From positions 32,001-96,000 of the IMG/VR virus record IMGVR_UViG_3300046464_000709: a stretch of 64,000 nt of DNA; one strand, written 5' to 3'. Shown piece after piece: positions 18,883 to 28,206 of this stretch. How positions within the stretch are numbered: the stretch's first letter is position 1; each line of letters starts with the position of its first letter. The notes under the pieces are model-generated. The model was not told the origin of the DNA, made no database searches, and worked only from the letters and a program-made list of their open reading frames with translations. Source of the DNA: a virus. The translations under genes were made by a program, and so were the position numbers.

Positions 18883-19183
18883 ATTTTAATTTACTTATAA
18901 TGTAATTTAAATTGTCGCAAGTTATTTTATCGACCGAAATATCTGCACACTTATCAGTTTTTAAAGTAAATCCAGATTCTCTCTCAGTGTCTATTATTAG
19001 ATAGCTTATAAAGTCATGCGCGCCAAACCCTTTGAGCCAGCTCCAATACATACTACGAGTGCCTGGCGGGCATTCTAGAAGCACATCCTCGAACTTGTAT
19101 GTTCGAGCATATAATGTAACATCTCGAAAACAAGAAATTTCACTGGGAGGCTCACTCAAGCAGGACTCGATAATTAATTTCAT
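18881..19183 (-). CDS. hypothetical protein
   Basis: 100-aa ORF coupled to the upstream ORF. Confidence 0.65.
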   Translation of the reverse strand: MKLIIESCLSEPPSEISCFRDVTLYARTYKFEDVLLECPPGTRSMYWSWLKGFGAHDFISYLIIDTERESGFTLKTDKCADISVDKITCDNLNYIISKLK

Positions 19184-19413
19184 TTTTCTAATTTTTCGAA
19201 GAGTCGAACAACATCATTTCTTCTATCCTCCAAAAGTCTTTGAGTTTGTTCCCATCGTTCTGCATCTCTAGCTCCGTTTTTAGCTAAATCAACTTCCATT
19301 CTTCTTAGTTTCGATCCTAGTTTTTCGATTTTTAAGCTTTCTCTTTTTAAATAGAAGGCAATAATCGACACTAATATGCCAACTCCTATTATCAATATTT
19401 CTTGCATTTCCAT
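19180..19413 (-). CDS. small TM + coiled-coil protein
   Basis: ILIIGVGILVSIIAFYL helix; GTGTA motif 9 nt before ATG 19413. Confidence 0.65.
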   Translation of the reverse strand: MEMQEILIIGVGILVSIIAFYLKRESLKIEKLGSKLRRMEVDLAKNGARDAERWEQTQRLLEDRRNDVVRLFEKLEK

Positions 19414-19497
19414 ATACATAAATACACGCAAGACGGGGGAACCCTTAATACGAATTTTCTATAAATTAGTTTATGTAATTATTCTTAACAAAAAGAA

Positions 19498-19890
19498 TTA
19501 ATTAGAATTTTGCTGTTTTTGCTTATAAATTTTTCCCCTAATGATTGCGGGTTGACATAGAAAATCTCTACATATTCTTGGTCTATCTTTATATATTGAG
19601 CAAGACTTGATACCTTTATCTCCATCACCCTTTAATTGCTTGCATTTTAAGCAATGAGAACCACGCTTTAGTTTAGACTTGTCTTCGAATACGGCATCAT
19701 AAAGATCTTGAGCTTCTTTGTTCTTTGGGTCGTAAAAAAATAACTTGCAGCAATAATTCTTCTTCAAGCATCCTGACCAATTCGAGCTAGTACCATGTTC
19801 TTTGATATAAAGGTCGACCTCTCGCTTGGCCCCTTGCAATGAAATCTTTTTAGATGGCGAATAAAAAAAATATTGATCATCTTTGCTCAT
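19498..19890 (-). CDS. YkgJ-like cysteine-cluster (Fe-S/Zn) protein
   Basis: C..NYCC...CKQL...CSIYKDRPRICRDFLC. Confidence 0.7.
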   Translation of the reverse strand: MSKDDQYFFYSPSKKISLQGAKREVDLYIKEHGTSSNWSGCLKKNYCCKLFFYDPKNKEAQDLYDAVFEDKSKLKRGSHCLKCKQLKGDGDKGIKSCSIYKDRPRICRDFLCQPAIIRGKIYKQKQQNSN

Positions 19891-20630
19891 ACAAAATCTT
19901 TAAAAGTATATCGAGAAAAAGAGTCCAGCTCTTTCAAACTCATTGATGTCCTGCAGGAGCTTAGGGCAGCCGCCATAGAAGGAGCGTCCTCTTTAACCTC
20001 GGAGTGCCACTGATTGAATGTTGGTCCAAACGTAACAAAGAATACATTTCTTTCAGTATTTTCGCTAGTATTGGGCGTACCTTGATGCAACACTGCCGTA
20101 TCATAACAAAAAACAGAGCCAGCCTTTAATGAAATTTTTTTAATATTTGAATTTGAAAAATATTTTCTATAAAAATTATGTTCTCTTTGACTCTGAAAAT
20201 ACAAATCCTCAATACTTTTATTATTTTGATTTCGAAATATTCTCTGGCTTCCTGGAATATAATTGAAAGTTCCAGTTGAATAATTTATATCCGAAAGACA
20301 AATGCCAACAGTATACCATCTCATCAAATCATTTGGCGCATAATTATCTGCATGAATTGGCTGTCCCTGCTCTCCAGGCACAGTGGTCATCAAAATAGAC
20401 TCGCAGATATGATCATGAGTTAAACAGCAGGAAATTTGGTCTTTTATTTGCCTTATTGCCTTTTTTATAAATACAATAATATCTTGATTCAATTCAATAT
20501 TCTTCCAGAATCTAGTTCCAAATTTATGGGCACGCGGCTTTTTGGAAACAAGTAAAAGAAAATTTTTGATTTCCTCTGGTTTAAAAACTTGCTTCGAGTA
20601 TATTAATCCCTCATCAAGCAAATCAACCAT
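19887..20630 (-). CDS. 2OG-Fe(II) oxygenase, phytanoyl-CoA dioxygenase family
   Basis: QPIHAD, GTFNYIPGS, LKAGSV..YD..VLHQGTPN...R motifs. Confidence 0.8.
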   Translation of the reverse strand: MVDLLDEGLIYSKQVFKPEEIKNFLLLVSKKPRAHKFGTRFWKNIELNQDIIVFIKKAIRQIKDQISCCLTHDHICESILMTTVPGEQGQPIHADNYAPNDLMRWYTVGICLSDINYSTGTFNYIPGSQRIFRNQNNKSIEDLYFQSQREHNFYRKYFSNSNIKKISLKAGSVFCYDTAVLHQGTPNTSENTERNVFFVTFGPTFNQWHSEVKEDAPSMAAALSSCRTSMSLKELDSFSRYTFKDFV

Positions 20631-21651
20631 ACACGTCAGCGATATAAATCTGACTATTGGTAGGCGCTCCAATATCAGTCCATATATTTGTTAAATCTGC
20701 ATGATTCGTGAACAATTCATCTGCCGTATAACCGCCTAGATCACTTAAGATTGATGCCTCGGAGTATATGCTTGAATATTGGTTTCCTTTTGCATTGCTA
20801 TCACTTGTTATCATCAGCCCAAATCCAGCTTGCGGTTCTACCAGGCAAAAATAAAGTCTATCTATATTGGAATTATCGACTGCAGACCCAAGAAGTTGGG
20901 GCTGATTACCTCCATAGGATGAGTTTATTGAATTGAGACTGACCTTATAGTAATCTGATGGAACCCAAGCGCTAGACATCGTCATCTGAAGTATAGCATA
21001 AGAGCTAGTATTATTTTTAAATGTCGCAAATGAATACGAATAGTAACTACTTATATCAGATCGGCCCATGAATGGAAAATTTTTAGGGTCAGAACATATT
21101 TGGGTATAGGCAGTGCTAGCGCCTAAACCCGTTGCTTCTGGGCCTTTCGCCCGCATTGTTGCAACAATATTTCCTGAGCCACTACCGCTTCCTCCAGCAG
21201 ATGCAACAACTTTGATATATGGGTAAGTCGTAAAATTAGAGTTGCTTACATTATATGTGGCTCCAATATTTGGAATGAGCAATCCCTGACTACCTAGTAC
21301 AACTTGTATTGTGTTGCTAGTAATTAATGCTTGGCTTCCATAATCAGCTCTAGGAGCATCTGTCTGAGATATTTCATGATTTGATATATCTATAGCATCA
21401 GTTCCAGAGTTATCTTTTGCAGCATAAACATTGTAAACTAAATCTGTCGTTCCCAAATTGTGATCAAATTGCATTTTAGCTCCGTTCGCAACATCTGTTC
21501 CGCTTGCATCTTGATTTATCCATCCAGTGCTAAAATTTCCGCTTGTTCCTGCTACGCTTGCAATATCATAAATATTGTTTGCGCCTCGTTTTATGAATTT
21601 TTTACCTTTTATAGTAAAACTGTTTTCTCCGTTGTATGATGATAATGACAT
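20623..21651 (-). CDS. fibre/receptor-binding-like protein
   Basis: Ser/Gly/Thr-rich; shares the FSTGW..HNLGTTD module with the next ORF. Confidence 0.65.
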   Translation of the reverse strand: MSLSSYNGENSFTIKGKKFIKRGANNIYDIASVAGTSGNFSTGWINQDASGTDVANGAKMQFDHNLGTTDLVYNVYAAKDNSGTDAIDISNHEISQTDAPRADYGSQALITSNTIQVVLGSQGLLIPNIGATYNVSNSNFTTYPYIKVVASAGGSGSGSGNIVATMRAKGPEATGLGASTAYTQICSDPKNFPFMGRSDISSYYSYSFATFKNNTSSYAILQMTMSSAWVPSDYYKVSLNSINSSYGGNQPQLLGSAVDNSNIDRLYFCLVEPQAGFGLMITSDSNAKGNQYSSIYSEASILSDLGGYTADELFTNHADLTNIWTDIGAPTNSQIYIADVYG

Positions 21652-21663
21652 GATATTTTAAAA

Positions 21664-23139
21664 TTAAAAAACTATAAGTGAAATATAAGCGGAATCATAC
21701 CAGAGATTATTAGACCCCAGCCCAATTTTAATAGAATTGTTTCCCACATTATAGAGATCAGAATACAAAATAGGATGCCCATCTGATCTTTCTGAATTAT
21801 CATGAAACGCAACCGGATTCGGTACTGGACTAGTAAAAGTAACAGTATACTGACCAGCCTGATGGTCGGTAATACTTGACACATTAAAGCTATTAGAAGC
21901 ACTTAATTCTGTGGTCATATTTGATGCAGTTCCATCAAATTCTACATATGCGCGTGGGCCTGAGCCGCCACCGCCACCAGACGCAATGATTTTGATACGA
22001 TATGCTGTGTTCCCAACTATATTTAAGTAATTTAATTCTCCAGGTGTCGCGGCACTCTCTCCAAGAATTTTTTCAAATATACGTATTGTGCCAGTATTTG
22101 AATCAATAGGATTGTAATGCACTCCTGAGTCTGTACTCACACTCCATTCGTCTGACTGCAGGCCAATATTCTGCTCTTTTCCGGTAGATACATCTTGTAT
22201 GTAAACTTGTACTACAGGATATTTATTGCCAAGCATATGTGATATTGATAAGTCTGCGTAATTATCGCTAGAGCCGGCAGCATAATTTGGCACCTCCAGC
22301 CAACCACTATCAAAATTCCCTCCGCTGCTTCCGCCGCCACCACCGCCAGCCAATAAATTGGTTCCTACTACATCAGCGCATTCAGTTAAATCGAGGTATG
22401 CACCCCTAAAAGGCGAGGCGCCTTCAAAAAATCTTAATCGATTTTCACATTGATCAAAATGTACATAACTTCCTCCGAGCGTAGAATTCGGAGCTTTTTC
22501 GAAAGCCATTTCTCCACCTTCGTTTCCAGATACAATTCCAGAACCAACTATCATTCCTGGAGCAAAAAGATTGCTGCCATCAAATTTTAAATTTACATTG
22601 GCGCCAAATGCTCCATTGTCATTGAATTGAAGTTGACGATCTGATCCGGCAGGCGTTCCTCCTCCACCACCAGATCCCATTTTTGCAGATACAACAACTT
22701 TTACATATTTTGAAGCCCAGCTTTCTTTACTCCAGGTTCCAGAGCTGGAAACATTAAAAAATCCTCCAGCACCTAATTGAAGAGAAAGCTGGGTTTCGGA
22801 TATGTTATCAATAATAGCTCCATCCATTTTTGAGCCGGCACTAGATGCAGCGCTATCAGTAAATATTTGATACGCGTTGCTTCCCAACGAATCATGTGAT
22901 ACCCAAATTTGAATCACAAAATCTGTCGTTCCTAAATTATGATTAAAAGTCAAAGTCGCACCATCTGCAACTGCTGTGGTTCCATCTGTGTTGACCCATC
23001 CAGTACTAAATGCAGAACCATCTGTTCCTGCTGAGATATCATAAACCACTGCGCCGTTATCAACTCTTCGAGTATAAGTTTTTCCTCCAAATGAAAATGA
23101 ATTCATGGAGTTGTTGGTTAATGTATCTTTAATTGACAT
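21664..23139 (-). CDS. modular tail-fibre/receptor-binding protein
   Basis: Poly-Gly linkers; PAGSDRQLQFNDNGAFG and RAYVEFDG..SFNVSSITD..G.YTVTF modules. Confidence 0.75.
   Translation of the reverse strand: MSIKDTLTNNSMNSFSFGGKTYTRRVDNGAVVYDISAGTDGSAFSTGWVNTDGTTAVADGATLTFNHNLGTTDFVIQIWVSHDSLGSNAYQIFTDSAASSAGSKMDGAIIDNISETQLSLQLGAGGFFNVSSSGTWSKESWASKYVKVVVSAKMGSGGGGGTPAGSDRQLQFNDNGAFGANVNLKFDGSNLFAPGMIVGSGIVSGNEGGEMAFEKAPNSTLGGSYVHFDQCENRLRFFEGASPFRGAYLDLTECADVVGTNLLAGGGGGGSSGGNFDSGWLEVPNYAAGSSDNYADLSISHMLGNKYPVVQVYIQDVSTGKEQNIGLQSDEWSVSTDSGVHYNPIDSNTGTIRIFEKILGESAATPGELNYLNIVGNTAYRIKIIASGGGGGSGPRAYVEFDGTASNMTTELSASNSFNVSSITDHQAGQYTVTFTSPVPNPVAFHDNSERSDGHPILYSDLYNVGNNSIKIGLGSNNLWYDSAYISLIVF
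21875..21951. repeat. 77-bp exact direct repeat, copy 1 (copy 2 at 24456-24532)
   Basis: Identical nucleotide sequence in two fibre genes, encoding AYVEFDGTASNMTTELSASNSFNVS. Confidence 0.9.
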
Positions 23140-23142
23140 GAT

Positions 23143-23379
23143 TTATAGATTTTGTAATTTTTCTTTTAATTGCTCGGCATCTGTGCAAGCATCAATTTCG
23201 TCCTGCATGGTAGTATATTTTGCGCGAATTTTAACGCGCTCAGCTTCTGCATCATCGAAATCATTGCCTGGAATTTGTTTCATAATAATTTCGTCATACG
23301 ACTTAAATTCTTCGGCTCTAGCTTCACGACGAGCAGAATGTACAATTTCTTTTGCTTTTGGTAAATTAATTTTGATCAT
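23143..23379 (-). CDS. fibre-associated small protein
   Basis: MIKINLPKAKEI..RREAR; overlaps the stop of the upstream ORF. Confidence 0.65.
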   Translation of the reverse strand: MIKINLPKAKEIVHSARREARAEEFKSYDEIIMKQIPGNDFDDAEAERVKIRAKYTTMQDEIDACTDAEQLKEKLQNL

Positions 23380-24208
23380 CTTGATTTTCCTCGGGTTGTG
23401 GCTCAGATTCAACTTCTGGCTCGGGTTCTGGTTGAGGTTCTTCGTATCCTCTGCGACTTTCCAAAGGAAGCTTGGTTAATAATTCTTGTAATTTGCTTTC
23501 GCATTCAGCAACATCTGCTTGATATTGTTCAACCATAGCTTCAATTTCAGAAACTGCAGATTCAATAGATTCTGCAACACCTTTAAGGCTTTCAAGATCA
23601 GCTTTTTTCGAATCAAGTTCTGTAGTTGCTTCTGCAGCTGCTCGCTTTTTGGCAAACAAATCATCTTGAACTTTAAATGCTTCATCTGCAACCTTACGCA
23701 ATTCAATGGCGCTATTTTTTTGCTCTTCGGTTGGTTCTTCAGAATCTGCTACAACAGCTTCTGCAGCAGATAATTTGGTTTCCCAGTCTGTTTTTTTCTC
23801 GAAAGCTTCTGCTTTTACAACTTCCCATGCAGCAAGTAATTCTTCTTGTTTAGGTTCAAGCTCAGCAATTTCTTGCTTAAGCGATTCGATGCTTTCATTG
23901 TTTTTGGATAAATTTTCTTTTTCTTCGCTCAAACGTGATTCTACATATTTAAGGTTAGATTTGCAGTTTTCAAGTTTTGCTTGAGCTTCTACTTCGCCGC
24001 CAATTCCATCATTCAAATCGGCGTCATCAATATCCCAGGCGTCGCGAAATGTTCGGTCAGCAGGAACTTCGTCGGTTGTGCCGATTCTGTATAGTGTTCC
24101 GAATTTGAGCATTTTTTGCGCCTGCTCGTGAACTTTGTCAACCGATAAATTGTCCACAAAATGTGTGACGGCTACGGTTGGATCATTATATATTAATATA
24201 TTTTTCAT
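23366..24208 (-). CDS. fibre-associated protein with long acidic coiled coil
   Basis: N-terminal VPADRTFRDAW motif, ~190-aa coiled coil, PE-repeat tail. Confidence 0.7.
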   Translation of the reverse strand: MKNILIYNDPTVAVTHFVDNLSVDKVHEQAQKMLKFGTLYRIGTTDEVPADRTFRDAWDIDDADLNDGIGGEVEAQAKLENCKSNLKYVESRLSEEKENLSKNNESIESLKQEIAELEPKQEELLAAWEVVKAEAFEKKTDWETKLSAAEAVVADSEEPTEEQKNSAIELRKVADEAFKVQDDLFAKKRAAAEATTELDSKKADLESLKGVAESIESAVSEIEAMVEQYQADVAECESKLQELLTKLPLESRRGYEEPQPEPEPEVESEPQPEENQDDQN

Positions 24209-24217
24209 GATTAAAAA

Positions 24218-25822
24218 TTAGTGAACTATAAGCGAAACATAACTGGGATTATGGTGACTACCAAGGTTACCACCGCTATCTATTTCATTGATTCTGAGTA
24301 CTACAGCCGAGCTTGAAACGCTAGATATTCTGGCAAGAACATGATTATCGCTGCCAACGGAGGTGTTCGGGTTGAGGGCGTGCGCATTGACTACCGGGTT
24401 AGTTACTGGGCTTGTAAATGTGATAGTATAGATTCCAGTTCCACCATCTGTGATGCTTGACACATTAAAGCTATTAGAAGCACTTAATTCTGTGGTCATA
24501 TTTGATGCAGTTCCATCAAATTCTACATATGCACGCGGACCAGTTCCGCCACCACCGCCGCCATTTGCTTGAATCCATCCGCCAATTGAATCGGTATAAA
24601 CATAAAGTGCAGCGCTACTTTCGTCGTACCATAAATCTCCATCAGATGCGCTAGCTGGAACAGTCTCATCAGTACTAACACTTGCTCCGCCGCCTCCGCC
24701 GCCTCCGCCGCCTCCGCCGCCACCACCAGCATTAATTTTGAATATTGAAAGCCTACCTTTTAACGTGGGAACGTTATCGGAGCTACAGGTGTATTCAAAG
24801 TAAAGCTTATTCCCTGCATTTAAATATCTTGCGCCTGAAAAGTTTAAAGTTTCTTGGTTTTCTCCTGCTACTTGGCCTGCTGCAGCTAAATTTTCAGGAG
24901 AACCATTCGGAATGGTGTCTCCTGTGTGCAGTCGTAAGGAGATTGATGTAGAAGTATTTACATTAAGTTGAATTGACGCATTAAGTTGATAAAATCCACT
25001 ATCCGGCACGGTAAATACTGCGGCTCGATCAGTGCCCGTACCGCTTCCATTTCCTGTTGATAAACTGCTTGTATCATCTGTATGAATTGTTGCGGTAATA
25101 TTTGCAGCGCTATCGTCAAAGCAAAACCATCCTCCGCCTCCAGACATGTGGGCTGCATTTGCCGTAAATTCAGCATCAATATTTACCGCAGCACTTGATC
25201 CACCAACAGCTCCATTGGTTTGAATCCATGCATCTCTATCTGCAAAGTATACATACAATGAAGCAGTATCTGAATCCCACCATAAATCGCCATCGCTTGG
25301 CGAGCCAGGAGCATCTGTCGAAACAGAAATTGAACCACCGCCTGTACCGGGTGTGCCTCCAACACCTCCTTTTGTTATGATTTCATTTATTTTTGTACGA
25401 ATTTGATCAACAGAAACTGATGCTCGAGCTCCACCAAGATTATTTCCGGGCAATAAACCAGTACCGTATCCATCTTCAGGGCCACCATTTACGACTGGAT
25501 GAGAGACTTTTATCTTTCCATTCATTACAGGATGAGAACTACAAACATATGTATACGAACCTTCTCCAAGTAAATTTGCATCAGATATTAAAGCAATTTG
25601 TCCGTTCGATTCGGTCACTTGCCACGAAACATAATCTGCGCTCAAATTCATTACATGACCGCCGCTAGCATTGGTTATGGTTATATCGTCATCGCTGCGA
25701 ATATAAATTGTCGGATTTGGAGCATCTTCTAAACCGTGTCCGTTCCATAAATATGCAGAGTTGTCAGATGCAGCAGTAACAGTATAATTATACGATTTAG
25801 ATAAATTGGTTCGATTACTCAT
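24218..25822 (-). CDS. modular fibre/adhesin (cupredoxin-like, C1q-like and repeated DGDLW modules)
   Basis: YTYVCSSHPVMNGKI; FTVPDSGFYQLNASI; two DGDLW[WY]D..LYVY..W.Q.NG modules; Gly13 linker. Confidence 0.7.
   Translation of the reverse strand: MSNRTNLSKSYNYTVTAASDNSAYLWNGHGLEDAPNPTIYIRSDDDITITNASGGHVMNLSADYVSWQVTESNGQIALISDANLLGEGSYTYVCSSHPVMNGKIKVSHPVVNGGPEDGYGTGLLPGNNLGGARASVSVDQIRTKINEIITKGGVGGTPGTGGGSISVSTDAPGSPSDGDLWWDSDTASLYVYFADRDAWIQTNGAVGGSSAAVNIDAEFTANAAHMSGGGGWFCFDDSAANITATIHTDDTSSLSTGNGSGTGTDRAAVFTVPDSGFYQLNASIQLNVNTSTSISLRLHTGDTIPNGSPENLAAAGQVAGENQETLNFSGARYLNAGNKLYFEYTCSSDNVPTLKGRLSIFKINAGGGGGGGGGGGGGGASVSTDETVPASASDGDLWYDESSAALYVYTDSIGGWIQANGGGGGGTGPRAYVEFDGTASNMTTELSASNSFNVSSITDGGTGIYTITFTSPVTNPVVNAHALNPNTSVGSDNHVLARISSVSSSAVVLRINEIDSGGNLGSHHNPSYVSLIVH
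24456..24532. repeat. 77-bp exact direct repeat, copy 2
   Basis: Identical to 21875-21951. Confidence 0.9.
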
Positions 25823-25843
25823 TCTATTTGATTACACTATAGT

Positions 25844-26575
25844 CTATTTTTTGCTTTGAATTTTTGTTATTACAAATTTTAGTATTTCACTTCGCATGAT
25901 ATCTTCTGCGCCAAAGTGAAAAGTATGAACTCCTTGAGCTTTACTTTCTTCGTCATTAAATAATCGATACATATCTGCAAATCCACTTTTGCCATTAATG
26001 TCGCTCTGCATAGGATCACCGCAAATGATCAATTTGCTGCCCTCGCCAAGTCGAGTCATTAATGTTGTCAATTCTTTGAATGTGAAATTTTGAGATTCAT
26101 CCGCGATTACTATCTCATCACGCCAACTAGCTCCGCGCAAATAATTGACAGGCATACCTTTAACAATGTCTTTCTCTTTGACAATACTTGCTTGCCCAGG
26201 AATCAATAACTCGTCGAGCTTTTCATTCATTGGCATCATATATGGATTGATTTTCTCGGCCATTTCTCCGGGTAATGCGCCAAGACTTTTTTCGCCACTT
26301 TCAGCAATCGTGCGAACATATGTAATGCCGCGCTCATTTTTCATATTGTATAATTGTAATGCGCCGTAAATCGCGACATACGTTTTACTCGTTCCGGCGG
26401 GCCCACTTATAAATATTATCTTTGATTCACTGTCAAATATTATTTTTAATAATTGGTTTTGTTTTTCAGTTAAATTTATTTTCTTTAACTTGATGTTTAT
26501 TTTTGTTAATGATTTACGAATTTTTTCGATTTCGTCTTCATTCACGATTTCTGGTTTTTTCTTGCGTCGAGGCAT
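25844..26575 (-). CDS. phoH: PhoH-family ATPase
   Basis: GPAGTSKT, LGALPG..EKI.PY, YLRGASW..IADESQN, GDPMQSD. Confidence 0.93.
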   Translation of the reverse strand: MPRRKKKPEIVNEDEIEKIRKSLTKINIKLKKINLTEKQNQLLKIIFDSESKIIFISGPAGTSKTYVAIYGALQLYNMKNERGITYVRTIAESGEKSLGALPGEMAEKINPYMMPMNEKLDELLIPGQASIVKEKDIVKGMPVNYLRGASWRDEIVIADESQNFTFKELTTLMTRLGEGSKLIICGDPMQSDINGKSGFADMYRLFNDEESKAQGVHTFHFGAEDIMRSEILKFVITKIQSKK

Positions 26576-26741
26576 GATATATATTATTGTATAATAAAGT
26601 ACACCTTTTTTAAGTTTTTTTAAAAGGCGGGCCGGATGTTTAATAATTATAAATAGGTTATTTTATAAAGGGCCGCCGATTTTTTTCGAATCGAACATAT
26701 ATATTGTAATTTATAATATGAAATTCATATTGAAAAAAGGC

Positions 26742-26815
26742 ACCCCCCGCCGGTATTGCACAATTCAATTGAAAAATTAATCCATTTAATGGGTAGGGTC
26801 AGCCGGTGGGGGGGT
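26742..26815. repeat. GC-rich inverted repeat at the late/early boundary
   Basis: ACCCCCCGCCGG (26742-26753) versus CCGGTGGGGGGGT (26803-26815) in very AT-rich intergenic DNA. Confidence 0.7.
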
Positions 26816-26913
26816 ATAGTGCAATAAAATAGTTTAATCTTTTTTCACTTTTTTCTTGCGTTTTGGTCAGAATATGTTAGATTGTATATATAGTAAGTTA
26901 AACAATAAAAAAT

Positions 26914-27129
26914 ATGAAATTATCAAAACCACAATTCGCATCCAACCCTAACGCCGACATGATCCTTCATGCTCTTACACTTGAAGAGTTGAACGAAGAG
27001 TTTACTCTCGCTCGGTTGTCATTAATGGATCTTGAGGAAGGGTCTGAAGAATACGAAGAACGCGAAGCGTACCTCGAAACCCTTAACGATTTCAGAATCG
27101 AAGCAATCGGCATTTCTGAATTCGCTTAA
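26914..27129 (+). CDS. small acidic early protein
   Basis: 71 aa; TTGCGT-17-TAGATT promoter upstream. Confidence 0.7.
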   Translation: MKLSKPQFASNPNADMILHALTLEELNEEFTLARLSLMDLEEGSEEYEEREAYLETLNDFRIEAIGISEFA

Positions 27130-27168
27130 AGCTTGACACATTCACACAAACCCTTTATTCTCTATACT

Positions 27169-27390
27169 ATGACAGAAACAATTAAAACAATAAAAAAATA
27201 TCCAACTCTCGAATGCTCGCTTGCAATGGCTAAAGCCGAAGGCAATTTAAAGTTTCTTGCATCTGCTAACATGGCGACCTTTACGCAAGGCGAGGCAGTG
27301 CTTGACGCATTGCACGCATTACAACAAGCTCGCAAAGAGTTTGCCAAGGTAACCAAGGAAGTCGCTGAATTAAGAGACGGCTTAATTTAA
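27169..27390 (+). CDS. small early protein (AEGNL family, paralogue of 27907-28137)
   Basis: Start reassigned to ATG 27169, 7 nt after TTGACA-17-TATTCT. Confidence 0.75.
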   Translation: MTETIKTIKKYPTLECSLAMAKAEGNLKFLASANMATFTQGEAVLDALHALQQARKEFAKVTKEVAELRDGLI

Positions 27391-27461
27391 TGCTTGAAAT
27401 AATAATAATCTCATTCATGATAGGAATCATAACAGCACTAAAAGAATTATGCGAAAAGTAA
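27390..27461 (+). CDS. 23-aa hydrophobic peptide
   Basis: MLEIIIISFMIGIITALKELCEK; ATG overlaps the upstream TAA; similar to 31562-31630. Confidence 0.45.
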   Translation: MLEIIIISFMIGIITALKELCEK

Positions 27462-27757
27462 CACAACAAATTAAACAAGCATTTGAACGCGGCGAAGCCA
27501 AGACAGTTGGCAATACCACCACAGACGGCAACACCGTTTGGTTACATGGCAACGCGATTGTCAAGCGTGACCCTGACGGCTTGGTTAGATGGTCGCTTGC
27601 AGGATGGAACACACCCACCACACGCGAACGCGTCAATGGCATAGCCAATGCAGATGTCTGTCAATTCAAATTCGAGCCTGTACTAAACGGGCAAGTGATT
27701 GACTCATCCGATTGGTTCGCATCGCCACCCAAGTTGCCCGACCTTCTAGTGTTCTAA
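27449..27757 (+). CDS. hypothetical phage protein
   Basis: 102 aa, LHGN.I..GWNT.TT.ER.N motif. Confidence 0.75.
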   Translation: MRKVTQQIKQAFERGEAKTVGNTTTDGNTVWLHGNAIVKRDPDGLVRWSLAGWNTPTTRERVNGIANADVCQFKFEPVLNGQVIDSSDWFASPPKLPDLLVF

Positions 27758-27831
27758 GTAGCACAAGATCAACGACTTAGGGCAAATCGCCCTAGCCGTT
27801 TTCTCGTAACTCGTTGAATACCAACGGCTTA
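27755..27831. repeat. double-dyad element 1
   Basis: 25-bp dyads start at 27755 and 27807 (52-bp pitch). Confidence 0.9.
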
Positions 27832-27871
27832 CAACAAAATAAAAAAAAGTTAAAATAAATCAAAATAATGC

Positions 27872-27900
27872 TTGACTTTTGCCGTTTTGTCTGATACATT
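27872..27900 (+). promoter_or_regulatory. sigma70-type promoter, leaderless
   Basis: TTGACT-17-TACATT, ATG 6 nt downstream. Confidence 0.75.
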
Positions 27901-27906
27901 GTATAT

Positions 27907-28137
27907 ATGATTAAGAATAATAAAGTTGAAGAAATAAGAAAAGAATTGGATTTGGATCTCGACCTTGGCTTGGCATTGGCTGAAGCAGAAGGCAACTTGA
28001 ACCACTTGGCACGAGAATCAAATTCTGCTAATTGGAAAGGTTCGATCACTCAAGGCATGACTATCCTTGACGCATTGAACGCAGTACAAAAAGCAAGAAA
28101 AGCTTTTCAACAAATAAAGCAAAATAAAACAAAATAA
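27907..28137 (+). CDS. small early protein (AEGNL family)
   Basis: LALAEAEGNL..TQG..ILDAL.A.Q.ARK. Confidence 0.75.
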   Translation: MIKNNKVEEIRKELDLDLDLGLALAEAEGNLNHLARESNSANWKGSITQGMTILDALNAVQKARKAFQQIKQNKTK

Positions 28138-28206
28138 AGTTTGCAATTACGCCCCAACTGTGTTACCTTTAGGTATAAGATAAATTAAATAATAACAATA
28201 AAAATT

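Noticed and set aside
21875-24532. 77-bp fibre repeat as a DGR template/variable pair
   Set aside because: The copies are identical (no adenine-specific mismatches), both lie in coding frames, and no reverse transcriptase is visible.
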